From contig JBHGNT010000006.1 of NCBI GenBank assembly GCA_043228905.1, positions 12,276,001 through 12,340,000 of the forward strand: a stretch of 64,000 bases of DNA, in the 5' to 3' direction. The position numbers were made by a program, and so were the translations under genes. The notes beneath the pieces are model-generated. The model did not search any database and was not told where the DNA came from. It saw only the letters and a list, made by a program, of their open reading frames with translations. The stretch's first letter is position 1, and each line of letters opens with the position of its first letter. Below, piece by piece: positions 49,991-62,738 of the stretch. This DNA comes from Azolla caroliniana (Eukaryota; Plantae; Polypodiophyta).

Positions 49991-52900
49991 GTCTTCATGG
50001 AAGACAAGATCATTGCCGATTGTGCACCCGACCGGATATTGCATTTGTTGTCAGAGTAGTCAGTCAGTTCATGAGCAATCTGGGAAGAGAGCACTGGAAC
50101 ACGGTCAAGTGGATACTCTGGTATCTGAAAGGCACCTCGAGTATGTGCCTCCGATTTGGCTTCGGTAAACCCCAACTTGACGGATTCACGGATTCGAATA
50201 TGTCGGCTGATGCGGATACCAACCTGTCTACATCCGGATATGTCATGACTTATGCAAGGGGAGTTGTATCATGGCAGTCGAGGATGCAGAAGTCCGTTGT
50301 ACTATTGACAACGGAAGCGGAGTACATGACAATTGTGGAAGTCGGCAAGGAAATAATCTGGATGAAGGACTTCATCAGAGAGCTAGGGATCCGGCATGAG
50401 GAATTCCGTCTCTACAACAACAATCAAAGTGCCATCCACCTTGCGAAGAATGCGGCCTACCATTCCCGGACGAAGCACATCCATGGGAGGTATCACTAGA
50501 TCCGGGAGAGAGTAGAAGATCAAGACTTCGTGCTGACGAAGATCCACACGAAGGAGAACGGATCGGATATGCTGACCAAGGTGCTGTCAACTGACAAATT
50601 GGACACGTGCCGGAAACGGATCGGATTAACGAGAAATCCCATGCTGGAGTGAAGGGGGAGTTTGTTAGGAATTCGGTCCCTCCGGATGGGATCTGGATGA
50701 GAACTGGAGGAGCCGGATCAGATGAGTCAAATGAAGGAACCAGATCTAGAAGGGTTCCGGATGGGACCCGGAAACCGGATCGAGTGAATCTGGATGGATC
50801 CGGTGCAAACTGGATCGAAGGACATATGTGTAAATATGTTTCATGGTTAGCATATTGAGGTTATATTTGTAAATAGTCCAAAAGTCATATAAGTATAAAT
50901 ATGACTTAGGGCCATCACTTTATGTGAATATGGTGTAGTAGTGGTTGTATCATCGTTGTACACAGAGTATGAGAAAGCGAGAGAGAGAGAGAGAGAGGGA
51001 GATACAAAACTAGTTTTTGTTGTAACTGTCGGCTGGCAAAGACATAGAGCTGGAGGTCGTTGCCTCTGAGTCTCACATTATATTCCTCCCCTCATAATGA
51101 TAGTTGGAGTCTGTGGGATCCTGTGCTTTTTCCCATTTAGGGTTTTCCCCGTTAACATTATGTGTAATCTTATTTTTAGTTTCCTCCCTTCCATTCGCTG
51201 TTTTAAGACTCGGTTGTGGCCGAGCGTCATTTCCACGTCACTTTCTTCTTATTCCTTGATTGCATAGAAAATCAGAAAATTCATTTGAGAAGTATTCTCC
51301 TCCTCCATCAGATCTTAAACATTTTATTCTAGTTCCAGCTTGCTTTTCTACCATGCATTTGAACTTATGAAAACACTCAAATACTTCACTCTTGTCTTTC
51401 ACGAAGTAAACCCATGTTTATCTTGAGCAATCATCAACGAATGTTACATAAAACATACAACCACCAATTGAGGCATTTTTTGTTGGTCCCATACATCTGT
51501 ATGTACCAAATCCTACAAGTTTTTGCTTATATGTCCTTCATGAGGAAAGACATCCTATTTTGCTTTCCATATTGACACGCTTCACATATTTTGCTCATCT
51601 CACAGTCTTTCAACTTTGGCAGTCCAACCACTACATTTTTTCTCAACATATTTTTCTAGGTTTGCATACTTATGTGTCCCATTCGTTTATGCCACATTTC
51701 TACATCTGAGATTACATTCATTTCTCCTACAAACGTGACTGTAATCTTTTTAGGCATATCCACATCTAAGACAAACATTCTTCCTTGATGTTTTCCTTTT
51801 GTAATCAACTTTTCATGTTTCTCTATAAAGCACCCACTTTGCTTAAACTTTACTTGCATTCCTTTCTCTACTATCTGTCCAACAAAAATAAGATTTTTTG
51901 CAAGGTTTGGAACATGCATAACATTCAACTTATACTTTGTTTTTCCCTTTTCTTTCCACAATGGAATATCTCTAACATGTTCGATTGTATGAGTAGTATT
52001 ATCACCTGTATGTACATAACCAAGAATATTTGGTTCCCTTAGAATTTTAAACTAGTTTGCATGTCCGGTCATATGATTAGATGCCCCACAATCTACATAC
52101 CACATATAGTCTTCATTACATTTTTGTGAACTTTCAGCCATTATTGTTGTTTCATGTTGCATCACAAAAGCACCCTCTTTGTCACAGTTCTCACTAGTTG
52201 AAGCATAGTTATTTTTTGTCTCTTCCCTCTTTTTTCATCATTTTTCTTTTTATAACATTCAGCCTATGTATGGCCTCGTTTCCCACAATACCAACATCCA
52301 TCATCACTCAAAAAACTTTGCTTACCTCTGCCTCGATTGCTCCCCCTGCCTCTGATGTTATTTCTTCCACTATTTCTTGTTGTCCTCTTCCTTGATAATT
52401 ATTATTAGTTCTGGTTGAACCATATCGGCCATGGCCTCTTCCTCGGCCTTTTCCAACACTATTGTAGAGAGCTTTCCCCTCAATTTCAGAGTTTCCTTTG
52501 TTTATATCTTCAATTTGATTTCTTTCTTCCACTACAAGCATTGAAACTAGATCTGCAAAACTTGGGTTACTATCCCTTGTGAGAATGGATGTTTTGAAGC
52601 TTTTATATTGAGGTCCTAAGCCTCTTAAGCATACTTCTACTTTATCATCATTTTCTACCTTCACATTAATAGAAGCAAGTGACTCAGATATACTCTTTAT
52701 TTTCAGAGCATACTCATTGCTCATTGATTGACATCTTACCTTTCTCTAAGGTATTTAGTTCAGTCTTCAACTAAAGTTTTCTTGCCTTTGTATTTACTTC
52801 AAATAGTTTCACCAAACTATACCAAGCTTCTTTTGGAAGCACAACATCTTGTATATGTCCAAGCATCGAATATGAGATGCTAAGTGACAGCCAATGCAAT

Positions 52901-53019
52901 ACTTTTCTTGCCCCTTGATTCCAATCCTTAATTGCTTTGATATGTGTAGCAGTTGCATTTTCTTCAAGGATCTCTAGAGCCTCTTCTAGGTCTCCTTCAA
53001 TGTAATCCCAATATCCTTT

Positions 53020-55449
53020 TGTCCAGAAATGAATCGTCAATCCACACGAAAAGGAATATGCTGAAATACACAACTTCGAAACACAAAAAACAGTGTACAC
53101 AGATTTAACGTGGAAAACCCTAAAGCGGGAGAAAAACCACGGAGAACGAAGCTTCATTATACAATGGATATACAACAACGAGATTAGAGTACAACACTCT
53201 CTACATAGAGTGTAAACAACATCACAAGGCTCTTGGTGTATGCTGTTTCTAAAGCACAACTATGGCGCCTCTCACTCACTCATGCTCCCACACACTCTCC
53301 TCTCTATTTCACTACGCTACAGAGGCTCACCCATATATCTGTTCTACTACGTGTCATCACACATACATTGTTTGCCATAGGTGTATTTGTACTAATACAC
53401 AGTATTGGCTATTTACAAATGTAGCCCCTACGACACATCATTACTTATTATTATCTATAATAATAAGTGTCGTCTGTCTAGTCGGTCCGACTAGTCGGCC
53501 TAGTCATCGACCATCCGGTCGGCCCGACTAGTTGCTCGTGTCTTCGACTTGGATCTCCTTTCTGTCAACTCACCCAGTCGACGCTAGCAATCAACTTTCT
53601 CGTAGTCGACTCATCAACCATCGGCACTCGGCCCGAATAGTTGGCTCCTCCTAGTCTTCGATTGTTGGCTCTCTCCGAGCAGTCGGCTCCTCCCACTAGA
53701 GGGAGATATTCCTAACAAACTCCCCCTTCACTCGAGTGGGGAGGAGCCTATTATTCCCGTCCTCTATTGACAGACTCTGAGTCGGTCCATCGGTAGGTTC
53801 TTTGTCAGCATGTCGGATCCATTGTCACTAGTATGGATCTTCACGAGGGTTAACTCTCATTCATGGACTTTTTCCCGTAACCAGTGATACCTTCTCTATA
53901 TGTGCTTGGTCTCGGAGTGGTATGCAACATTCTTGGCTAGATGTATGGCACTCTGGCTGTGACAATGAAGCAAGAAATCGCCTTGCTTCATCCCCAACTT
54001 GCTGAGAAAGTTTCTCATCCAAATCAGCTCCTTGCCAACGTCTACCATTGTCATGTACTCTGCTTTTGTGGTCGACAAGGCCACAGACTTCTGCAGTCGT
54101 GACTACCACGACACTGCTCCCCTTGCATAGGTCATCACGTACCCTGACGTGGATTGTCTTGAGTCTACATCCCCCAACATGTCTGAGTCGGCAAACCCTT
54201 CGAGCATGGGTTTTCCGACACCATACTTAAGATGCAAACCCGAGGTGCCTTTTAAGTACCTGAGTATCCATTTCACCGCTGCCCAGTGTTCTCGACCTGG
54301 ATTACTCATATATCGGCTTACTGTTCCCACAACAAATGCTATGTCTAGTCTCGTACAGACCATAGCATACATTAAGTTGTCGACGACTGAGGCATACGGT
54401 ACTTTCTTCATCGCAACCTTTTCTTTCTCTCTTTTCAAGCATTGTTGGGCATTCAACTTGTAGTTTGTCGGCAACACCGAGCCGACTGGCTTTGCCTATG
54501 ACATGTTGAACCTTTGTAGGATCTTTGTCACATACTTTTGTTGTGACAACCATAACACTTTCTTAGTTTTGTCCCGAACTATGTGCATCCCCAAGATCTG
54601 TTTAGCCGGTCCACGATCTTTCATGGAAAACAATTTGCCTAGAGCCTTCTTCAAGCTTCCAATCTTCCTTGTATCTTGACCGACTATCAACATGTCATCT
54701 ACATATAATAAGAGAATCAAGAGGTCACCTTCATCATACCTTTTGACGAACACACAATGATCTGCCTGTGTTTTCTGGAACCCATGTTCCACCGTGAAGG
54801 ATTCAAACTTCTTGTACCACTGGCGTGGAGCTTGTTTCAGACCATACAAGCTTTTCTTTAGTCGCCACACTAGATTCTCTTTCCCTTTCTCCTCAAAGCC
54901 TTTGGGCTACTACATGTAAATCTCTTCGTCTAGCTCCCTGTGCAAGAATGTTGTCCTGACATCCAACTGTTCGATCTCCAGATCCATATTGGCAGCTATG
55001 CTTAGAACAGTTCTAATGGATGTCATCTTCACGACTGGAGCAAATATTTCGTCAAAGTCGACGCCTTTTTTCTGTCGGAAACTCTTCACTACAATGAGGG
55101 CTTTATACCTAGGCGCAATGTCGACTTCTCCAGTCTTCACCTTGTAGACCCATTTATTCCTGAGTGCTCTCTTACCTTTCGATAGTTCTACTAGGTCATA
55201 GGTGTAGTTCTCATGTAGGGAGTCCATCTCATCCTGCATTGCGCTCAACCATTTTTCTCTATGCTCGTCGGCAATGGCTTTGTCATACACTCGGGTTCAC
55301 CTTCATTAGTCAAGAGGATGTATTGACTGGCATATGTCGTCGGTGCTCTCCTTTCTCTGAGTGGGTATCTTCTTCCACTCATTGTTGGCCCTTGTTTGGA
55401 TGTCTCTGCCAACTCTTCTCCCAATTCGTTCATGTCGATCGGTTGTCCG
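53020..55449 (-). mobile_element. Copia 3' part: RT-RH, PPT and 3' LTR (53020-53717)
   Basis: LLYVDDML, RLKKSLYGLKQAPRQW, STSGY; PPT at 53718-53730. Confidence 0.88.
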
Positions 55450-55917
55450 TGTCAGGAACAGTACTAAGATAGAGAGGGACTTAGTACTAAAAGAGGCGCA
55501 TTAGTACTAAGAGAGAGAAAAAGGTGTACAACTCACGAGAGAAGGAGAGAGAGAGAGAATGATGATAACAAAAGATATATTATATTATATGAAGAGTAAG
55601 TACAAGAATAGCTATGAGGCTTAAGACTGGCGTTGAACCGATTTGGTTCAAAATAATGCCTTGTGCCTCCTTTTATAGTGTTTTCAGGAGTACTCCTGAA
55701 GTTTCTAGAATGTTCCAGAGAAATCTGGAAATATATATCAATTTTCTATAGTGAAATTATAAATGAAAATAATATCTTTTGTATTACAATATATAGTCTA
55801 ATGGCAAGGGCTCGACACATGTAACATAAGGTCATGGGTTCAAATCTTGCCATATCATGACACTATCCCTCCTTTAAAGAGACGAGTGTTACGAGTCGTT
55901 TTGGATTGAGGATCCAG
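55450..55917 (-). mobile_element. Gypsy 3' LTR (55450-55862) with PPT
   Basis: TG...CA termini; PPT aaaggagggatag adjacent; interrupted at 55918. Confidence 0.75.
55788..55857 (+). other. tRNA-like module inside LTR
   Basis: Box A TAGTCTAATGG 55794-55804; box B GGTTCAAATC 55837-55846. Confidence 0.6.
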
Positions 55918-56403
55918 TGTCGTGCCTTTCGGTGCCGGATCGTTTGCGTGAGTCGGGTGAGAATCACCGAGGTTTTGGACTAGGAGAAAAGAAATTTCTA
56001 AGGCAATGAAGAATATGAAATATGTTGTAAGAAAGAAAGATATAAAAAACTCGTGAATCCCACGAGTATAGTATATTATTGAGTACTCAGATTAAGAGAG
56101 AAAAATAGTTAGCAAATTCGTGAATCCCACGAATATATTATATTAATCAACCCTTGTAAAAAAATCAACAACCACTATACATCTTTCTCTCTTCCTTATA
56201 TAGTGTTGGAAGAGTCTAAGTTTATCCTATGCAAGCATCATGCTTTTCCTAACTTTAGTTTTCATGCACAATGCATGTGCATGATTAGCTTTCTATCCAA
56301 TCTTTTCTTTTTAACTCGAGTGTGTATGCATGAATAACTTTTTGTACCATGCATATCTAGAATATTTACATGGGATAAAGTTTAGTATAACTTTAAAATT
56401 CAT

Positions 56404-56476
56404 AATATGCTAGTATAGTGGTAAGGCTTAACATTATTCACATGGAGGTACAAGGTTCGAATCTTGCCTTATGCAT
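56404..56476 (+). other. tRNA-like module inside LTR
   Basis: Box A TAGTATAGTGG 56411-56421; T-arm-like caagGTTCGAATcttg. Confidence 0.65.
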
Positions 56477-58580
56477 GTAATATATATATATATATATATA
56501 ATTTCTTCTATTTACAAATATGTCTCTTCATCCAGTGAGACTCTCACCAGCCTTCTTCATCCGGCTCTTGTCGGTCTCCTTAGCGGTTTCGGTCCTTACC
56601 AAAAGGCCTTCATTATTCGGCTCTTGCCGGTTCTGCTTGATCCGGTTCTCCTTACCGGTTCCTCCTTGCCCATTCCATTCGGAGGGACAAAAATGTAATT
56701 TTTCACGTCGTGTGTGAATTACACTACGACACTTGCCCCCTCCAAACCTGCACATCCTCCGCTATGTGTCGAAGTCCCCGATGCTTGCTATTCACCTTCA
56801 TCCGAAGCTTCATCCGAAGCTTCCTCCGATTCTCCCCTTAAGTCGACTATGAGTTGTAATCCACTTTCTTCGCTTTCCACATCACCGCGATATTCATCCG
56901 ATTGCTCCTTCTTGTCGGTCTTGTCTAGGATCACATAGGGTTCTTCATCAGTCCGCTTCTTGAAAATCTTCACCCGTTTCCTGGCTATAGGCACTCGTAG
57001 TATCGTTCCATCCAACTCGCATAGTCGGTAAGTTGCGTTGTCGAAAACTTTCCGAACCTCGTATGGCCCGAACCACCTTTTCGTGAACTTCCGCATCATT
57101 GTATGTTGATGATCCAAACTACTGTCGTAGACAATCACCCAATCTCCTTCTTCAATCTTCCGCGGTCGTAGTCGGTGCTTTGTGTCGAACCGGCTTTTAT
57201 TCCGGAATCACGCTTCTTGTTGTCGGCGTATTGCTTCCGCTATGTCTTCCGGTCTTCCCTCTAGTTGTCGTATCCGGACCGCTAGTAGTTCTTCCCGGCT
57301 CCTCTCTTCCTTCCACGGTAGCACTGTCCATGTCGCGATGGCGGTTTCCGTTGGCATTACCGGTGCTTGTCCGGTCATGAGTTTTGCTGGCATGTAACCG
57401 GTTACGGAGCTATGCGTCGTCTGATCACCCTTCCGTCGCATGCTTAGGCATGTGCTTTGACGATCGGACTATGTCCTCGTTCGATTTTCCCGTTGGCTTC
57501 CGGATTGTATGTCGTTGTTAGTGTTAACCGAACTCCATGTTGGGTGAAGAATTCCTTAGCTTTATCAGAGTCAAGTTCTCCCCGATCCGCAATCACTTGT
57601 CCTACGCACCCGTACCTGCAAAACACTTCCTCCAAAAGAAATCGGCATACCGCAGAACACGTTTTCCTTCGTAGCGCCCGACCTTCTACTTGGTTTGTGA
57701 GATCTTCCCGAGCTAACACCAAGTACTTCTTTTGTCCGATCCCGGTTGGCATGGCTACAATATCAACCATCCATTTGAAGTTGATTGTCGGATGTAACTC
57801 ATCTCGGTGTCGAACTCTAGAGTAGATTTGACACTTCTCGCAGCTTTCCGTGAACTCCGCTATATCTTTGTACATGTTCTTCCACCAATATTTTTGTTTG
57901 ATTTTCACAAAAGTTGCCGATGTTCCTCGATGTCCAGCCCAATCAGATTCATGAAATTCGGACATTATCCGGTTTCGTTGCTCTTTCGTCCTAACTACCC
58001 AAAGTTGTATGCCATCCGGTCTTTTCGGCTCCCTCCATATTAATCCATTTTTCAAGAAGAACTTTCGGACTTTCCGCTTCTTACTTCGGATCTCAGCTCT
58101 CTTCTCTTTATTGTCTGATGATTTCTCGATTTCTTGTAGCACTTTCCCGATCAACAGGCTTTCTCCCTCGTATTCTTCTTCCCGGAATTCTCGGATTATG
58201 TTCACCCGGTATATGTGCTCCGAAGCAAAGTAGTCTTCAGAAACTTCTTCATTATCGGATTCGGTTATGTCATCTCCGAACCGTGCCCTTGATAGCATAT
58301 CTGCTACCGCGTTGTCTTTCCAGAGATGTGTCGTACCTCCGGATTAAGTGACTTAACATATGCAATCCATCTTAGCATAGCCACATCCGGTATCGTGCAA
58401 CACCGCATCATCCCGAGTATCGGAAGAGAATCCGTTTCAATCACTACTTCGGCTCCGATCAAATAATCTCGATCCGATTTGATTGCCGACACGACTCCCC
58501 ATAATTCTCTTTTGACTTGTGCATAACCACGTTGCATTTCATTGAGAACCTTTGCTCCGAATCGGATCGGATATCGCAAA

Positions 58581-58964
58581 TGTAAAGAATCAAGAGATGG
58601 ATTCTTGTGAAGCGGAAGAGATGTGAGTTATGTGTGTAGAGAGAGAGAGTGTGAGAAAGAGTGAGTGAAACACAGAGAATACGCAAGGTAAAAGTATATT
58701 GACAAAGGAGAAAGACTCAACGTTATACAAAGTGGGAGGAGGGTGCTTTATATAGTCACCCTCTCTCTTCATTAACTACAAGACTCATGGAGCATGGGGA
58801 ATGTGAAAGCTCATAAGTTATGTGTCATAGAATATGATTCTATGAATCATATTAAATGCTAGAATACAAAGTGGTGACACAGTGGTGACTCTTGACCGTT
58901 GGAGTGTCTATTCACTCTCAAGGTGAGTTCACATACTAGACCAAGTTGAGCTTGATTCTCAACA
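58581..58964 (-). mobile_element. Solo LTR inserted in Gypsy RNase H
   Basis: TG...CA termini; TSD GCAAA/GCGAA (1 mismatch); coding resumes on both sides. Confidence 0.8.
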
Positions 58965-59773
58965 GCGAACCATCCGGATCGACTTGATTGATGACCCATC
59001 CGATTCTGGTTGGACTTGTGTCAACCGTTACTATGATCGGTCGGTCATAGTTCGGCTTCTTTAGTGCTTTTGCCCTCTGTAGTGATTTCTGGAGCTTCTT
59101 CACGGATTTGGTATTCTCCGGTTTCCATTCAAACTTCTTACCCTTTTGCAACAAGTGATAGAGTGGGTCCGCAATATGTGCATAGTGCGGAATCCATATG
59201 TGGTAGAATGCACACGCTTCGAGAAACCTTCGGACTTTGGATTGTGACTCGCATATTTCTTTCATAGCTTGAACTGCATCGATCTTGGTCGGCAATGGTC
59301 TTCGGCCGTAGGGCCCACATAGATGTCCGACTACCAATATTTCTTTTTGCCCGTTGAGAACCTTTGCTCCGAATCGGATCGGATATCGTGAACCATCCGG
59401 ATCGGCTTGATTGATGACCCATCCGATTCTGGTTGGACTTGTGTCAACTGTTACTATGATCGGTTGGTCATAGTTCGGCTTCTTTAGTGCTTTTGCCCTC
59501 CGTAGTGATTTCTCGAGCTTCTTCACGGCTTTGGTATACTCCAGTTTCCAATCAAACTTCTTACCGTTCCGCAACAAGTGATAGAGTGGGTCTGCAATAT
59601 GTGCATAGTGTGGAATCCATATGTGGTAGACTGCACACGCTCCGAGAAACCTTCGGACTTTGGATTGTGACTCGCATATTTCTTTCATAGCTTGAACTGC
59701 ATTGATCTTGGTCGGCAATGGTCTTCGGCCGTAGGGCCCACATAGATGTCCGACTACCAATATTTCTTTTTGC
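58965..59773 (-). repeat. 423-bp in-frame tandem duplication in RT-RH linker
   Basis: GQKEILVVGHLCGPYG...RIGWVINQ occurs twice in ORF 58936..60069; paired antisense ORFs start at 59064 and 59487. Confidence 0.9.
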
Positions 59774-61838
59774 CCGAATGCCGATTTCTCACCGGAAAGT
59801 GTTAGGTGCACATCTTCTAACTTCTGAAGAATTTTCTCGCAATCTCGAATATGGTCGACTACGAACTTTCGGCATCCCCGATTATCCATAGTTTCATCTT
59901 TTTCTTCTACTGAGCATCCTTTCATCGGAATGTCATATAGGAATGACATCGTTATCTCCGGAATGCAGTCTCGAAGCACCTGGTTCATTGCATTCATCAT
60001 ATGTGCGACCGAGTTCGTCGCGCCTTGTGGTAGTGTACACATCCGGACTAATCCTATCGGTGTCCGCATGGTAGTGATGTCTCAGCTCTCCACGGTTAGT
60101 TGGAATTGGTCATATCTGGAGTATAGGTCTCTGATGGAGTATATCGCGCGACTGCCAAATGCTTCCGCAAATTCGTCCACTATCGGACGAACTCCGGAGT
60201 TCCGGATTGTGACCTTGTTCACCAGTTTATAATCTTGAGTAAATCGGAGTGACCCATTCTTCTTCGGAACCGTAAACCATCGATTTGAGTACGGAGCGTT
60301 TGATGGCTCTAGAATCCCCATCACCACCTTCTCCTTGAGCAAGTCGATGACTTTCGGTATATGCGCCCGTGGCACCGGAATCGGCTTCAGGTTCCACGGC
60401 ACATGGTCAATCGTGAAGATCACGATCGGCTCCACTATCTTCGGATCAACGCACCCTATCTCCTTCGATGTGAATGCAAGTGCTTTCCCATGTTCCAACA
60501 TCCCTCAGAATCGTTCTTCTTCATTTTGTAGAAGGAAACCACCTCCACCGATCCGAAGTTTCTTTCGGGTCTCATCCGTGAAGGCATGTCCGATATCCAT
60601 GGACTTCCGAAGTGTCGGATCCCCTGAGACCTGTTTCCTCTTTTGTTCGCTATCGGCAGGTAACGGTCCCGCAACCGGTTTCACTTTCTTCTCCATGGTC
60701 TTGTATTTCGTACTTACCATTGCTTCTTCTTTGCGGAGTGCATCCGGCCCCATTTTCACAATGATCTCGTACATCCCGACCGATTCCACCGGGACTACCC
60801 GGTCTCCCTGGCTTGTATCTTTCGCGAGCTCTTCATGCCATTGTAGCGTGCTCCCATAGAACACTTCTTCGACTATTCACACGATTTCGTCATCTTCTTT
60901 TATTATTGATGCCGACCGTAACTTATCCTCCACTTTTCGGTATTCTTTCTTCTTTCCTCCGGTTACGTCCGTGTACGTAGATGCCCCATCCGGACTGATT
61001 CGTACTTGTTTTGCTTCGAGAGTTTTCTTCCTGTGTGGGGTATTAGGGCTTCTCGGACTATCACTTCCCCACTCCGCAACAGTCCGCTCTAAAAATCCAT
61101 CCTTGTTTGGGACAAGAACTCTCTCTTGTTCCTTTCATGATTTGCCAGCACCGTTAGGAATTGGACGGATTTCCCTCCGTTTTGGCTCCGAATTCGTGCG
61201 AAAGCCGCACCGCTATCGAGCACCTTCGTCTCCATCCGTGATGCCGTGATAAATGGTTGCCCAAGGATCATGGAATGTGAGACCTCATCTTGTATGAAGA
61301 AATTTTGGTCGATTTCGACATCCCCAATCTTCACCGTCACATCCGGACAAGCCGCAAATAGATCTTCTGTTGATTTAGTGGCCACCCAGATCTTCCATCC
61401 ATGACTGCTTTAGTAGAACTCCTTAGACATCAAATTGATCTCCGATCCGTGATCAATCAATGCTAGCACGGGCTCTTTGATGTTGCCGATTCGGACCGGA
61501 GTCTCGGTAGTTGCACGCGCCCAGTGTGGCTTTATATAGTGGGAATTTGGAATCTCGTCCTCCACTTCGGTGTCGTTCATCAGAACGGTATTTGCATTCA
61601 CCATTGGCACATTTTCCTCCGTAGTTTGTCTTTTTCTTTTTACAAGATCCACAAGAAGATCATGGAACTCCTTTTTTGCTATTCCGAGTAGTTCCCGAAG
61701 TGAAAAATCTACCCGGTTGTCGAGGATTCTCTCCTCGAACACTTTCTTTATGTCCGTCCGTTGCTCGATATCCGAAGCGAGTTTGAATGTCGGAATCGAT
61801 TTTTCTTTCCCTCTTCCGTCAGAGTTCCAGTTCTCCGG

Positions 61839-62738
61839 TGTTACGGGCATGACCATTTAATATCCCGTGGTGAGAATTTACCATAGTATTCTATACACGT
61901 GGATAAGTGTGAGGGTTAAACGAGAGTGTAAAGAAGGGGAGGATTACATTTAATCCTCGGGATTGAGACAACCCATTAGGTCAAGTGTGAACTTGCCTGG
62001 GGGCCTTGGGTATCGCTATAAATAAGAGGCCTAGCTACCCTCATTTCATGATCTTTTTGACTACATCGAGACTCTGCTCTTGTGGTGGGTCAACTCTTGT
62101 AGCGAGCGCGCCAGCACCATGTACGACTCGACGCCACGACGGTGGTATGGGACACCGATCGAGGCTCGAGTTCGTCTCGATCCCTTCGCTCGGGGGTGGT
62201 CGGGTGGATCGACACCCTTCTTTCTCTTTCTCCTTTCTATCTATCATTTGTTTATCCTTATCTTAAGCTTACTTTAGTACTTAGATGTCTAATATTTGGT
62301 ATCAGATTTATGTACTAATGTTTCTTTGTTTTTCATTTGTGGTTTGATTGATGCTGATCGATTGATGTGCGGTCGGCCTTGATCCAGACAATGATCAACA
62401 AAAAACTTCGGTAACTCTTTCCATAATTTTTCTTTCTATTCTCTCTTCTCCCATCTAATCATGTGTTTAGTTTATATGTCATTTTTTTTCATTAAGTCAA
62501 TGATGTTGTAGTGGTCTTTAATTGATTATCTAAAACGTTTTCATATGTGCACGAGGTCAATACCTCGTTTGACATATTAATAATATGTGATGAGTGTCGT
62601 ATGCGTACGAGGTTAATACCTCAATTACGTATTACGTTCACGAACATATGTTACGTTTGCGTATGAGTTGAATACCTTGATTTGTTTTAGACGATATGCG
62701 GTTGGTTTCGTATGCGTAAGAGGTCAATACCTCAATTG
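61839..62738 (+). mobile_element. LTR (partial) inserted in the Gypsy gag, itself interrupted at 62739
   Basis: Starts TGTTACGGG; TATA ctataaataag ~62016; CT-rich tract follows. Confidence 0.6.

Larger units (their letters stand above)
41323..51240 (+). mobile_element. Ty1/Copia with TSD CTTTC; most of RT deleted; hosts 44053-49990
   Basis: LTRs 41323-41888 and 50663-51240; PBS 41893-41904; PPT 50651-50662; INT end (VFMEDK) joins RT C-terminus (CTRPDIAF) near 50020. Confidence 0.93.
40790..53019 (-). mobile_element. Decayed Copia (gag-PR-INT), split by the insertion 41323-51240
   Basis: INT 40790-41322 continues at 51241; gag/PR fragments to 53019 similar to 48037..49485. Confidence 0.8.
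55918..61838 (-). mobile_element. Decayed Ty3/Gypsy (LPQGATNS-type RT): PR-RT-RH-INT, PPT, 3' LTR 55918-56731
   Basis: LIDHGSEIN protease; RWFTVPKKNG and LPQGATNS RT; IADRGE and YNPEANGKIERGH integrase, GPY; PPT ggagggggcaag. Confidence 0.9.
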
